31,840 bases of DNA. It comes from a bacterium (GTDB lineage Bacteria > Hydrothermota > UBA3073 > JACQXS01 > JAUWAR01). The position numbers and the translations under genes are program-made. Positions within the stretch are counted from its first letter, which is position 1. Each line of letters opens with the position of its first letter. The stretch is from contig JAUWAR010000001.1 of the NCBI GenBank assembly GCA_030601965.1, positions 1-31,840 on the forward strand. Reading direction: 5' to 3'. Below the pieces are notes generated by a model. The model worked only from the letters and a program-made list of their open reading frames with translations, did not search any database and was not told the DNA's origin. Positions 1-10,165 of the stretch are shown here, one piece after another.

Positions 1-16
1 GATTATCAATATTCAT
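1..16 (-). CDS. 5' fragment of the gene after hslV (MNIDN...), possibly hslU; truncated by window edge
   Basis: ATG at 16..14 on the minus strand, 78 nt after the hslV stop. The hslU identity is inferred only from the usual hslV-hslU order. Confidence 0.25.
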
Positions 17-23
17 GAGAAAC

Positions 24-92
24 GGTTATTGGTTCATAGTTCATTGTTCATAGACAAAATAATTAACAACTATGAACTAATAACAATGAACC
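24..92. repeat. Inverted pair of degenerate heptamer arrays, NGTT(C/A)(A/T)T family
   Basis: 24-53 reads GGTTATT GGTTCAT AGTTCAT TGTTCAT; the reverse complement of 68-92 reads GGTTCAT TGTTATT AGTTCAT AGTT. Confidence 0.8.
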
Positions 93-93
93 A

Positions 94-624
94 TTACAAT
101 GTTTCTATTACTATATTCTCATTTGTATATAGGCATATAGAGGCTGTAAGTTTGATAGATTGTTCTACAATCTCTTTGGCACTTAAATTTGAATATTTTA
201 CAAGTGCCCTTGCCGCAGCGAGTGCATAAGGTCCACCTGAACCTAATGCTATTATCCCATCATCGGGCTGTATGATATCACCACTTCCAGAAACGATGTA
301 AGAATGGTCTTTATCAAGAATACCTAAAATTGCCTCAAGCCGTCTTAACATCTTATCAGTCCTCCAGTCTTTTGCAAGTTCTATAACAGCCCTTTCCAAG
401 TTACCATGAAATTCATCTAATTTATTTTCAAATCTCTCAAAGAGTGTAAGTGCATCTGCCACACCTCCAGCAAAACCAGCAAGAATTTTATCATGATAGA
501 GTCTTCGGACCTTATTTGCCTTATGTTTCATTATTGTATTTTCAAATGTTACCTGTCCATCACCACCCATAGCCGCCTTTCCTTTATACCTGATACCGAG
601 AATAGTTGTAGAGTGAATTTTCAT
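94..624 (-). CDS. hslV: ATP-dependent protease peptidase subunit HslV (ClpQ)
   Basis: [11 protein letters not shown]-terminal Thr nucleophile, [27 protein letters not shown]. Start placed at ATG 624; an alternative ATG at 693 overlaps the guaB stop. Confidence 0.93.
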   Translation of the reverse strand: MKIHSTTILGIRYKGKAAMGGDGQVTFENTIMKHKANKVRRLYHDKILAGFAGGVADALTLFERFENKLDEFHGNLERAVIELAKDWRTDKMLRRLEAILGILDKDHSYIVSGSGDIIQPDDGIIALGSGGPYALAAARALVKYSNLSAKEIVEQSIKLTASICLYTNENIVIETL

Positions 625-689
625 AATTTTATTTAAAAAGAGATTATCAGATGTTGCATCGTATGTCAAGAAATAATACGAGCGAGAAC

Positions 690-2129
<1,440 letters not shown>

Positions 2130-2131
2130 CT

Positions 2132-2149
2132 ATCCGTTAGCTAACGGAT
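2132..2149. repeat. Perfect 18-nt palindrome ATCCGTTAGCTAACGGAT with adjacent AACTAT-type array remnant (2150-2171)
   Basis: Read directly; lies in the predicted guaB 5' UTR. Confidence 0.85.
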
Positions 2150-2151
2150 CA

Positions 2152-2230
2152 ACTATAGATTATCAACTATCTTGTTGTCAAGATTTTTCACATTTTTCTT
2201 TGACATTTGAGTTCATTGAGTTGATATAGA
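2152..2230. promoter_or_regulatory. Back-to-back sigma70-type promoters for guaB and the FAD oxidoreductase
   Basis: Minus strand: TTGACA 2181-2176 and TATAGT 2157-2152. Plus strand: TTGACA 2200-2205 and TGaTATAGA 2222-2230. Confidence 0.55.
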
Positions 2231-2254
2231 GTTAACGCAATTAACTTATAATAA

Positions 2255-3403
2255 GTGAAAGAGATTGATATATTGGTAGTTGGTGGTGGTCCTGCGGGCT
2301 TGTCTGCATCCATTACTGCAAGGGAGTTCGGGGCTTCTGTTATACTTGTAGATGAAAACGATAAGATGGGTGGGCAATTAGTTAAACAGACTCACAAAAT
2401 TTTCGGGTCCAAAGAACACATTTGTGGAGTCCGAGGGCTTGATATTGGTTCAATTCTTGAAACACGAATTCACACGAATAAGAACACGAATATACACGAA
2501 AAATATACAATTTTGTCTTCGACTTCCTGTATCGGAATATATCCAAAAGAAAGTCAAACGACCCACTTACGTGGGTGCCCCGAAGTCAAAAGTCAAAAGT
2601 TTTTTGAGTGTCTAACTGTAAGGGGAGAAGAACTTATTACTATCAAATCAAAGGCGGTGATTGTTGCTACGGGTGCATCTGAGAATATGCTTTTATTTAA
2701 AGGTAATGACCTGCCGGGTGTTTATGGTGCTGGGGCAGTGCAGACACTTATGAATGTCTATGGAGTGATACCTGGTAAAAATGTGTTGATGGTAGGCTCA
2801 GGGAATATCGGGCTCATTGTGAGTTATCAGTTAATGCAAGCAGGGATTAATGTAGTTGGAATAGTTGAAGCACTTTTAGGAATTGGAGGTTATCTTGTTC
2901 ATGCCGCAAGGATACGCAGGCTTGAAATTCCAATATATACCTCTCATACTATTAAGGAGGCTATTGGTAAAGAAGAAGTGAGGGGTGCTATAATTGCAGA
3001 AATTGATACTAACTGGAAAGAGATTAATGGAACCGAGAAAAGAATTGAATGTGATACAATATGTCTTGCCGCAGGGCTTTCACCGTCCTGCGAACTTCTT
3101 AATCAGATAGGTTGTAAAATGGCCTATATTCCTGAACTTGGTGGATGGATTGCGCAGCATAGCCAGAATCTTGAAACATCTGTAAAAGGCGTATATGTAG
3201 CAGGTGATGTTTCCGGGATAGAGGAGGCTGTGACTGCTATGCTTGAAGGTAAAATAGCAGGTGCATCAGCTGTATTTGGAATATATGGATATAAGGAGGC
3301 TAAAAACTTGATAAACAAGACACTTTTAGACATTGAAGAATTCCGAAAAGGTCCATTTGGCGAAAAGGCAAGGATAGGCAAGGAAAAATTATTAAAAATT
3401 TGA
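2255..3403 (+). CDS. NAD(P)/FAD-dependent oxidoreductase (pyridine nucleotide-disulphide family; sarcosine oxidase alpha/HcnB-like)
   Basis: VVGGGPAGL FAD motif, ATGA, second GSGNIG motif, VYVAGD. GTG start. Contains two repeat-derived insertions. Confidence 0.85.
   Translation: MKEIDILVVGGGPAGLSASITAREFGASVILVDENDKMGGQLVKQTHKIFGSKEHICGVRGLDIGSILETRIHTNKNTNIHEKYTILSSTSCIGIYPKESQTTHLRGCPEVKSQKFFECLTVRGEELITIKSKAVIVATGASENMLLFKGNDLPGVYGAGAVQTLMNVYGVIPGKNVLMVGSGNIGLIVSYQLMQAGINVVGIVEALLGIGGYLVHAARIRRLEIPIYTSHTIKEAIGKEEVRGAIIAEIDTNWKEINGTEKRIECDTICLAAGLSPSCELLNQIGCKMAYIPELGGWIAQHSQNLETSVKGVYVAGDVSGIEEAVTAMLEGKIAGASAVFGIYGYKEAKNLINKTLLDIEEFRKGPFGEKARIGKEKLLKI
2461..2500 (+). repeat. In-frame ACACGAA x4 array (10-12 nt period)
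   Basis: ACACGAA at 2462, 2472, 2484 and 2494; encodes TRIHTNKNTNIHE. Confidence 0.8.
2550..2600 (+). repeat. In-frame AAGTCAA array interrupted by hairpin ACCCAC-TTAC-GTGGGT (2561-2576)
   Basis: Read directly; encodes SQTTHLRGCPEVKSQK. Confidence 0.75.
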
Positions 3404-3428
3404 CAAAATTAAGATTTTTATAGATACT
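3400..3428 (+). promoter_or_regulatory. sigma70-type promoter for the NCS2 permease
   Basis: TTGACA 3400-3405, 17-nt spacer, GATACT 3423-3428; ATG at 3439. Confidence 0.5.
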
Positions 3429-3438
3429 AAAATCTGGT

Positions 3439-4755
3439 ATGTTAGAAAAATTATTCAAACTTAAGCAACAAGGCACTACTCCAAGAACAGAGGTTATCTC
3501 TGGAGTTACTACTTTTATGACAATGGCGTATATTATATTTGTTCAGCCTGTGTTTATGTCTGCGGCAGGAATGGACTTTGGGGCCGTGATGGTTGCTACC
3601 TGTATCTCTTCAGCAATCGCCACTTTGCTTATGGGATTTCTTGCAAATTATCCCATTGCACTTGCTCCTGCTATGGGACATAATGCCTTTTTTACTTATG
3701 CTGTTTGTATTGGTATGGGTGTTCCCTGGCAGACTGCACTTGGTGCTGTATTTATCTCTGGAACGCTATTTATTATACTTTCATTCTTTGGATTCAGAGA
3801 AAAGATTATAAATGCTATTCCCAGGTCATTGAAAAATGCCATTGCTGTGGGTATAGGACTCTTTATTGCATTTATAGGGTTTCAACACGCAGGACTTGTA
3901 AAATCTGACCCAAATACATTTGTTACTCTTGGAAATTTAGGCTCTGCTCCTGTGCTTCTTGCAATCTTTGGAATATTTTTAATAGCAATACTTATGGCAC
4001 TTAAAATAAAGGGCGCACTGCTTATCGGGATAATAGTTACTGCACTAATTGGTATTCCATCAGGAATAGTAAAATATTATGGAATAATTTCTACACCACC
4101 TTCACTTGCCCCTACATTTTTCAAACTTGATGTCATAGGTGCATTTAATATGGGGCTTTTATCAGTTATCTTTATATTCTTCTTTCTTGACTTATTTGAT
4201 ACGATAGGAACTCTAATAGGCGTCTCTGAACAGGCAGGATTTATGGTTAATGGCAAACTCCCAAGAGCCAGGCAGGCTTTATTTTCTGATGCAGTTGGAA
4301 CAGTATCAGGCGCTCTACTTGGAACATCAACAGTTACAAGTTACATAGAATCTTCTGCAGGAGTGGCGAGTGGTGGGAGAACAGGGTTGTCTAATCTTGT
4401 TACAGCAGTTTTATTTATTCTCTCTATTGTCTTTTATCCACTGGCAAAAATGATTGGAGGGGGATATAACGGTCTTTATCCTGTAACCGCACCTGCACTT
4501 ATAATAGTAGGAAGTATAATGCTTGCAAATGTAACAAAGATAAAATGGGAGGATATTACAGAATCCATACCTGCCTTCCTGACTTTAATAATAATGCCAT
4601 TTACATATTCAATCACAGATGGTATCGCAATTGGTTTTATATCTTATGTAATTCTCAAACTTGTAACAAGAAAAGGTAAAGAGGTTCATCCACTCCTTTA
4701 TATATTCTCCTGTCTCTTTATACTCAGATATGTGGTTATGTTTCTGCCAAATTAA
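3439..4755 (+). CDS. NCS2 family nucleobase permease (AzgA/PbuG-like, guanine/hypoxanthine type)
   Basis: TTFMTMAYII, APAMGHNAFF, DLFDTIGTL, TVTSYIESSAG, GGRTGL, PFTYSITDGI; many TM segments. Confidence 0.95.
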   Translation: MLEKLFKLKQQGTTPRTEVISGVTTFMTMAYIIFVQPVFMSAAGMDFGAVMVATCISSAIATLLMGFLANYPIALAPAMGHNAFFTYAVCIGMGVPWQTALGAVFISGTLFIILSFFGFREKIINAIPRSLKNAIAVGIGLFIAFIGFQHAGLVKSDPNTFVTLGNLGSAPVLLAIFGIFLIAILMALKIKGALLIGIIVTALIGIPSGIVKYYGIISTPPSLAPTFFKLDVIGAFNMGLLSVIFIFFFLDLFDTIGTLIGVSEQAGFMVNGKLPRARQALFSDAVGTVSGALLGTSTVTSYIESSAGVASGGRTGLSNLVTAVLFILSIVFYPLAKMIGGGYNGLYPVTAPALIIVGSIMLANVTKIKWEDITESIPAFLTLIIMPFTYSITDGIAIGFISYVILKLVTRKGKEVHPLLYIFSCLFILRYVVMFLPN

Positions 4756-4768
4756 TAAATTTTTTTCC

Positions 4769-4796
4769 TTGACATTTTGGGAAATAGTAATATTCT
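4769..4796 (+). promoter_or_regulatory. sigma70-type promoter upstream of the cobalamin riboswitch
   Basis: TTGACA 4769-4774 and TATTCT 4791-4796. Confidence 0.55.
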
Positions 4797-4832
4797 AAAA
4801 ATAATCGTTCTTTAAAAATATATTTTTTATCC

Positions 4833-4970
4833 AAATAGGTAGAGGAAGTCTCCGTGAGATTCGGAGCGAGGTATTACCTCAAGCTGCCCCGCAACGGTAA
4901 TTTCTGATATAATAATCAGGAGAGCCCGGTCTATTACCTGTTTTGGTAAGTACTTTCGAGGGAAGGGAAG
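4833..4970 (+). ncRNA. Cobalamin riboswitch
   Basis: GGAA, then T-loop hairpin TCCG-TGAGATT-CGGA, GCCCCGCAACGGTAA core and GAGCCCGG B12-box; followed by a terminator and a BtuB-like gene. Confidence 0.88.
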
Positions 4971-4990
4971 ATATTTTTTGATTTTTATAA

Positions 4991-5026
4991 CCCCAAACCT
5001 TCTCCTTTGAAGGCTTGGGGTTTTTG
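4991..5026 (+). terminator. Intrinsic terminator of the riboswitch expression platform
   Basis: CCCCAAACCTTC / GAAGGCTTGGGG stem followed by TTTTTG, upstream of the btuB start. Confidence 0.8.
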
Positions 5027-5060
5027 TTTATGTAACTTTAAACGAAGATAGGAGGGCAAA

Positions 5061-7045
5061 ATGTTTGGTTTAATTATTGCTGTAAGTTTAATGGCACTGG
5101 TTCCTGAGGAGTATCCATTATATGAAATGGAAGAATTTGTTGTTACCGCTACGAGGATATATCAATCTTTGAAAGATGTGCCTATTACTACCACTGTTGT
5201 TACAAGGGAAGAGATTGAGGCTCTTGGGGCCCGGGATGTGGGTGAGGTGCTTCGTGGAGTGGCAGGGATAGAAATTAAAAGTTATGGACCGCTTGGTAGT
5301 AATGCCTCAGTGAGCCTCAGGGGTTCTGCCTCACAGCAGGTTCTGGTGCTGATTGATGGATGCCCAGTAAACTCTATCGCTAATGGTTGTGCCAATCTCG
5401 GAACTATATCACTGGGTAATATAAAACAAATAGAGATTGTTAAGGGTGCTATCTCGCATCTTTATGGTGCTAATGCTCTGGGAGGGGTAGTCAATATTAT
5501 TACCCGGCAGGCTACAGGACTTATTATTGAGGGAGATAGCAAATATGGAAGTTTTGATACATGGGGGCTGAAATTAAACCAGGGGGGTAAATTTGGTCAA
5601 ATAGCATACTTTCTTACTGAAGAGCATAAAGAGTCTGATGGATATCGGCCCAACTCACGCTATGAGGCAAACAGTCTATCTGGGCGATTTAGTATCCATA
5701 TAATAGAGGGATTAAAGGGCAATCTGCACTGCCGATATAATGATGCCTTATGTGGCATTCCAGGACCTCAGCCAGCCAAAGGAGTAGTGCCCAAGTATGG
5801 AAACGAGGAAGTCACCTCACTATTTGACCATCAAAAAGATAAGAATTTCTTTGGTAGCATCTCTCTGGAGTGGGAACCAATTAATCTTTCAGTAAGAACC
5901 TTATTTGACCACAGAGAGTTAGACTATTACTGGCGTCATGATGCATATGATGAACTGTGGACTCCATATACTGTGGATGAGCATTATAGATATCTTACTG
6001 ATATTCTTGGTGGGAGTATTCAGTCTCAATTTAGACCCAATAAATCCAATATAATTGTATCCGGTATAGACTATCGCCAGGTAAGTTTTTCTGCCAGGCA
6101 AATCCAAACCGATATTTCTGCAGGGACAGATACAATAGTGGCAGAATGGAGTCCATCTATAGAAGAATATGGAGTCTGGATTGAAGACGAGTGGCAAGTA
6201 GTTAAACCTATTAATATTATTGGTGGGATGAGATATGACTATCATTCTAAATATGGCAGTTGGGTAAGCCCTAATCTCGGGATTGTATATCATATAGGTA
6301 GAAATACTGCTTTTAGGTCTTCACTCGGAAAGGCATATCGGTCACCTACCTTTAATGACCTTTATTGGCCCATAAGTGGTAATTCAGAACTCAAGCCTGA
6401 GTGGGGAGTAAACTATGAACTTGGAGCAAGACACTCAATTTCTGGAGTTGTAACAATGGATGTCTCCCTGTTTAAGCGAGATACTGAGGATAAAATTGCC
6501 TGGGCACCAGATACAGGGGGAGTCTGGAAACCGACTAATGTTAATCAACATTACCTTTTAGGGGGTGAACTCACGCTTAAAAGTGCTATAGGTAGATTTA
6601 TCTCTCTCCAGGTGTCCTATACTTATCTTGATGCCGAAGAAACTGTAAGGGAAGTTGTCTACTCAGAGTGGGGTGGTGAAACAAGAACTGAGGATAGAAA
6701 AGGAAAGCAGCATTTATCCCCAGGAATATGCTGACAGCAGGAGTTACTGTTAAATCTCCATGGAATACTGACTTCCATCTATATGGCAAATGGATAGATG
6801 AAAGGGTAAATTACTATTCCAATTACAGTAATGCTCCAGTGGTTACTACCGATACCAGAAACCTTGATAGTTATACAGTTATAGATATAAGGTTAATACA
6901 GAGAATAGGAAGTGACAATATCTCAGTTGGAGTGAGTAATATCTTTAATGAGGATTATATGGAACAATTTGGCGATACTTTTGAAGATAGAGGCTATCCA
7001 ATGCCTCCAAGAAATTATAGGATTGGAATAAACTATAGTCTATAG
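5061..7045 (+). pseudogene. btuB: TonB-dependent cobalamin receptor (BtuB-like), split by a -1 frameshift near 6698-6727
   Basis: Plug motifs (VLVLIDG, IEIVKG, LYGANALGGVVNIIT) and barrel in 5061..6734. The barrel continues in the -1 frame (KRKAAFIPRNMLTAG...YRIGINYSL) to 7045. Adding one base gives 661 aa. Could be an assembly error. Confidence 0.85.
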
Positions 7046-7582
7046 ACCCAGAGATTCGTGGATTTCTTGTATTGAGGAAAGAACGAGACTGATAAAGTCT
7101 TTTAAAGAGAGTCCAATCTTTTCGCAAGCATTTATCTGCTCCCTATTTGCACCTGCGGCAAATTTCTTTTCTTTAAATCTCCGCATTACAAAATCTGTAT
7201 CAATAGAGAGGAGTTTTTTATCGGGATGCATAAGTGCGGCTGCTACTACGAGTCCAGTCAAAGGGTCAACTGCATAAAGTGCAATATCCAGTCTTGATTT
7301 TGGCTCTACATGACCTGGATGAGCCTTTATGGCATATATTATTTTCTCATCTACTTTACTTTCAAGCATTTCAGCAGTAGTAATACCGTGTTTTGGGAAA
7401 TCATCTTTTGTCTTCTCATAGTCTAAATCATGCAAAAGTCCTGCAAGACCCCAGAGTTCTTCATCCTCTTCAAAATGTCTTGCAAGTCTCCGCATAGAGG
7501 ATTCAACAGCAAGGCAATGCTTAATAAGGTTTTTTGTCTTTATTTCTTTATTTACAAGTTCAAACGCCTGTTCACGAGTCAT
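7040..7582 (-). CDS. HD/HDIG-domain metal-dependent phosphohydrolase
   Basis: KHCLAVE, GLLHDLDYE, IKAH, AVDPLTG; SD-like AAGGGGG upstream. Confidence 0.9.
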   Translation of the reverse strand: MTREQAFELVNKEIKTKNLIKHCLAVESSMRRLARHFEEDEELWGLAGLLHDLDYEKTKDDFPKHGITTAEMLESKVDEKIIYAIKAHPGHVEPKSRLDIALYAVDPLTGLVVAAALMHPDKKLLSIDTDFVMRRFKEKKFAAGANREQINACEKIGLSLKDFISLVLSSIQEIHESLGL

Positions 7583-7597
7583 TATTCCCCCTTATTT

Positions 7598-7795
7598 TAA
7601 ATTTCAAATATCAAAGCTCAAATGTCAAACGAAAACCAAATGACTAAATGTCCTTTCTGTCATTGCGAGCGATAGCGAAGCAATCTCATCTTTTAGATTG
7701 CTTCGTCGTTTCACTCCTCGCAATGACTCTCAGTGTTTTTTAGTATTTGGATTTTGGGCATTTATTTGATATTTGGATTTTGTAATTTGACATTT
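7598..7795. repeat. Composite element: AAATNTC array, REP-like TGTCATTGCGAG doublet (7658-7727), inverted AAATNTC array
   Basis: Left array 7598-7652; TGTCATTGCGAG...GAAGCAATCT paired with AGATTGCTTC...CTCGCAATGAC; right array 7741-7795 in reverse orientation, encoding the LipA tail NVKLQNPNIK. Confidence 0.85.
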
Positions 7796-8664
7796 CTTTT
7801 ATATGCTTCTTCTGCTTTGTATGAACTCCTTACCAGTGGTCCTGAAACCACATAATCAAATCCCATCTCATAACCTATACTTTCGTATTGCTCGAATTCT
7901 TCAGGAGTATAATACTTTGCAACTTTGACCTTACCTCTTGGTGGACGAAGATATTGGCCTATGGTCAAGATATTTACCTCTCTATTTCTTAAATTCTTCA
8001 TCAAGTCTATTATCTCATCTTCTGTTTCGCCAAGCCCTAACATAAATCCAGACTTTGTAATGATACGAGGATTAAGTTCTTTTACAGTCTCAAGCAAAGA
8101 GAGTGAACCAGAATAATCTGCCTCTGGTCTTATATAATCATAAAGTCTCGGAACTGTCTCTATATTATGATTTATTACTTCGGGTACAGCATCTACAACA
8201 TTCCGCATTGCATCTCTTTTTCCATTAAAATCTGGAATAAGGACTTCAATTCTTTTACCTATATTATGAATTTGTTCTATCACAGAGGAGAACAGATTAC
8301 TCCCACCATCTTCAAGGTCATCCCTTGTAACAGAGGTAACTACAACATAAGAGAGATTTAATTTTTCTGCAGCATTGGCTACATTAAAAGGTTCCTGCCA
8401 ATCCACAGAGTCTGGTTTTGCTTCCATGCCCGTCAGCTGACGGGTATTTATAGCACAGAACTTGCAATTTCTGGTGCATTTATCACCTAAAATCAAAAAA
8501 GTGGCGGTATTGTTCTTGAAGCACCCACTTATATTGGGACACCTTGCAGATTCACAGACTGTATGAAGAGATAACCCTCGTAACAGAGTTTTTATTTCAT
8601 TAAGAGATTCAGAATTAGTAAAATAATTTTTAATCCAGCAAGGAACAGGATTCTCAATTCTCAC
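7762..8664 (-). CDS. lipA: Lipoyl synthase (radical SAM)
   Basis: CX4CX5C (CESARCPNISGC), CX3CX2C (CTRNCKFC), TSVTRDDL, NHNIETV, TIGQYLRP, RSSY. Confidence 0.96.
   Translation of the reverse strand: MRIENPVPCWIKNYFTNSESLNEIKTLLRGLSLHTVCESARCPNISGCFKNNTATFLILGDKCTRNCKFCAINTRQLTGMEAKPDSVDWQEPFNVANAAEKLNLSYVVVTSVTRDDLEDGGSNLFSSVIEQIHNIGKRIEVLIPDFNGKRDAMRNVVDAVPEVINHNIETVPRLYDYIRPEADYSGSLSLLETVKELNPRIITKSGFMLGLGETEDEIIDLMKNLRNREVNILTIGQYLRPPRGKVKVAKYYTPEEFEQYESIGYEMGFDYVVSGPLVRSSYKAEEAYKRNVKLQNPNIK
8429..8444. repeat. Perfect 16-nt palindrome CCCGTCAGCTGACGGG, in frame within lipA
   Basis: Read directly; encodes T-RQLTG just after the radical-SAM Cys motif; resembles the 2132-2149 palindrome. 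Confidence 0.75.
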
Positions 8665-8668
8665 TTCT

Positions 8669-8920
8669 CTATTCTACGACCTTATATATCTTATCGTGTT
8701 TTCTCACTCTTTCTTGCACTTTAATACCAATATCATCACCAGGTTTTGCCTGTTCAACTGATTTATGTTCTATCTGCATAGACTCTATTTCTTGTGTAAA
8801 GTCTGTAGAATGTCCCTTTATATGGATTGTATCGCCCACTTTTAAGGTATCTGTTAATTTTAGAGCAACAACACCCACATGGGCAAAATAATCCTCAACT
8901 TTTCCAATCTCTTTCTCCAT
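8669..8920 (-). CDS. Small stand-alone beta-barrel protein (EF-Tu domain II-like / U32 peptidase C-terminal-like)
   Basis: IGKVEDYFAHVGV, LKVGDTIHIKG, FTQEIESMQI, AKPGDDIGIKV pattern; SD AGGGGG. Confidence 0.8.
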   Translation of the reverse strand: MEKEIGKVEDYFAHVGVVALKLTDTLKVGDTIHIKGHSTDFTQEIESMQIEHKSVEQAKPGDDIGIKVQERVRKHDKIYKVVE

Positions 8921-8943
8921 ATTTACCCCCTAAATATTATTTT

Positions 8944-10062
8944 TTATAATCTCCTTGCTATTTCTTCAGCAACTTCTAATGTTGTGTTCGTGCCACCCAT
9001 ATCATAAGTTCTAACCTTTTTCTCCTTAATAACCGTGGCAATACTATCTTCAAGTTGCCGGGCTTTTTGAGTTTCACCAAGCCACTCAAGCATAAGTTTC
9101 ACTGCAAGTAGAGTTGCTATGGGATTTACTTTATATAGTCCTGCATATTTTGGAGCAGAGCCATGGGTAGGTTCAAATACTGCATAATTATCACCTATAT
9201 TAGCAGATGAGGCAAATCCTAAGCCCCCTACTAACTGTCCAGATAGATCAGAAATTATGTCTCCAAACATATTTGATGTTACAAGAACAGAGTATTTTTG
9301 AGGGTTCTTAATAAGCCACATACACATTGCATCAATATTCGTCTCCCATAAGTCAATTTCTGGATACTCTTTTGCAATCTCCCTTGCTTCATTTACCATC
9401 ATTCCAGATGTCTCTCTTATTACATTGGGCTTTTCCACCACTGTTACAGATTTTCTGCCAGTTTTTTTCGCATATTCAAAGGCACTGCGTATAATTCTCC
9501 TGCACCCTTTCTTTGAAAAAATACGCATTGAAATGGCGAGTTCTTCTTCTGGGATGTCTTTGAATCTCTTCATCTTTGGGTGATTATTAAGAAGATAGGT
9601 TTTAAGTTCTCTGGGTGTGGGACAAAATTCAACACCGCTATAAAGACCTTCTGTATTTTCTCTGAAAACCACAATATCTATATCATCTTTGTAATTCAGA
9701 GGATTACCTTTATATGCCTTACAGGGTCTTAAGTTTGTGTATAAGTCAAAGAGTTGTCTCATTGCAACTATTGGACTATAATAGTTAAGACCCTTACCTT
9801 GTAGGTGTGGGGCAAGTTCTTTTGCCGCTTCATCTTTTGGTTTTGATGTGATAGCCCCAAAAAGGCAGCAGTCTGTGGTTTTTAAGAGTTTAATAGTTCT
9901 TTCAGGCAAAGGGTTGCCTTCTCTAACCCAGAACTCCCAGCCAATATCTCCATTTATATATTCAGCATCTAATTTAATTGCCTCAAGCACAATTCTTGCA
10001 GCCTCCAATACATCCTTACCTGTTCCATCACCTGGCAGATATGCTATCTTGTATTTGGGCAT
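8944..10062 (-). CDS. Isocitrate/isopropylmalate dehydrogenase family protein
   Basis: PGDGTG, LYTNLRP, RENTEGLYSG, KPNV, NMFGDIISD, EPTHGSAPKYAG; substrate not assignable. Confidence 0.93.
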   Translation of the reverse strand: MPKYKIAYLPGDGTGKDVLEAARIVLEAIKLDAEYINGDIGWEFWVREGNPLPERTIKLLKTTDCCLFGAITSKPKDEAAKELAPHLQGKGLNYYSPIVAMRQLFDLYTNLRPCKAYKGNPLNYKDDIDIVVFRENTEGLYSGVEFCPTPRELKTYLLNNHPKMKRFKDIPEEELAISMRIFSKKGCRRIIRSAFEYAKKTGRKSVTVVEKPNVIRETSGMMVNEAREIAKEYPEIDLWETNIDAMCMWLIKNPQKYSVLVTSNMFGDIISDLSGQLVGGLGFASSANIGDNYAVFEPTHGSAPKYAGLYKVNPIATLLAVKLMLEWLGETQKARQLEDSIATVIKEKKVRTYDMGGTNTTLEVAEEIARRL

Positions 10063-10071
10063 CTATTTTTT

Positions 10072-10150
10072 GTTATACCTCAAAACTCAGTAGTGTCAAG
10101 ATATTCTTTTCAGATTTTTCTTGACTAATGTATATTCTATCAACTATAAA
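10072..10150. promoter_or_regulatory. Back-to-back sigma70-type promoters for the dehydrogenase and the antiporter
   Basis: Minus strand: TTGACA 10099-10094 and TATAAC 10077-10072. Plus strand: TTGACT 10121-10126 and TATAAA 10145-10150. Confidence 0.55.
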
Positions 10151-10165
10151 CTATCTACTAAATAC

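Noticed and set aside
3404-3438. Purine riboswitch or PurR-type site upstream of the NCS2 permease, guaB or purC
   Set aside because: The intergenic spaces are too short or are filled by promoters and repeats; no purine aptamer core was seen.
6732-6734. Stop-codon readthrough or selenocysteine at the btuB TGA
   Set aside because: The downstream barrel sequence is in a different frame, so readthrough would not join the parts.
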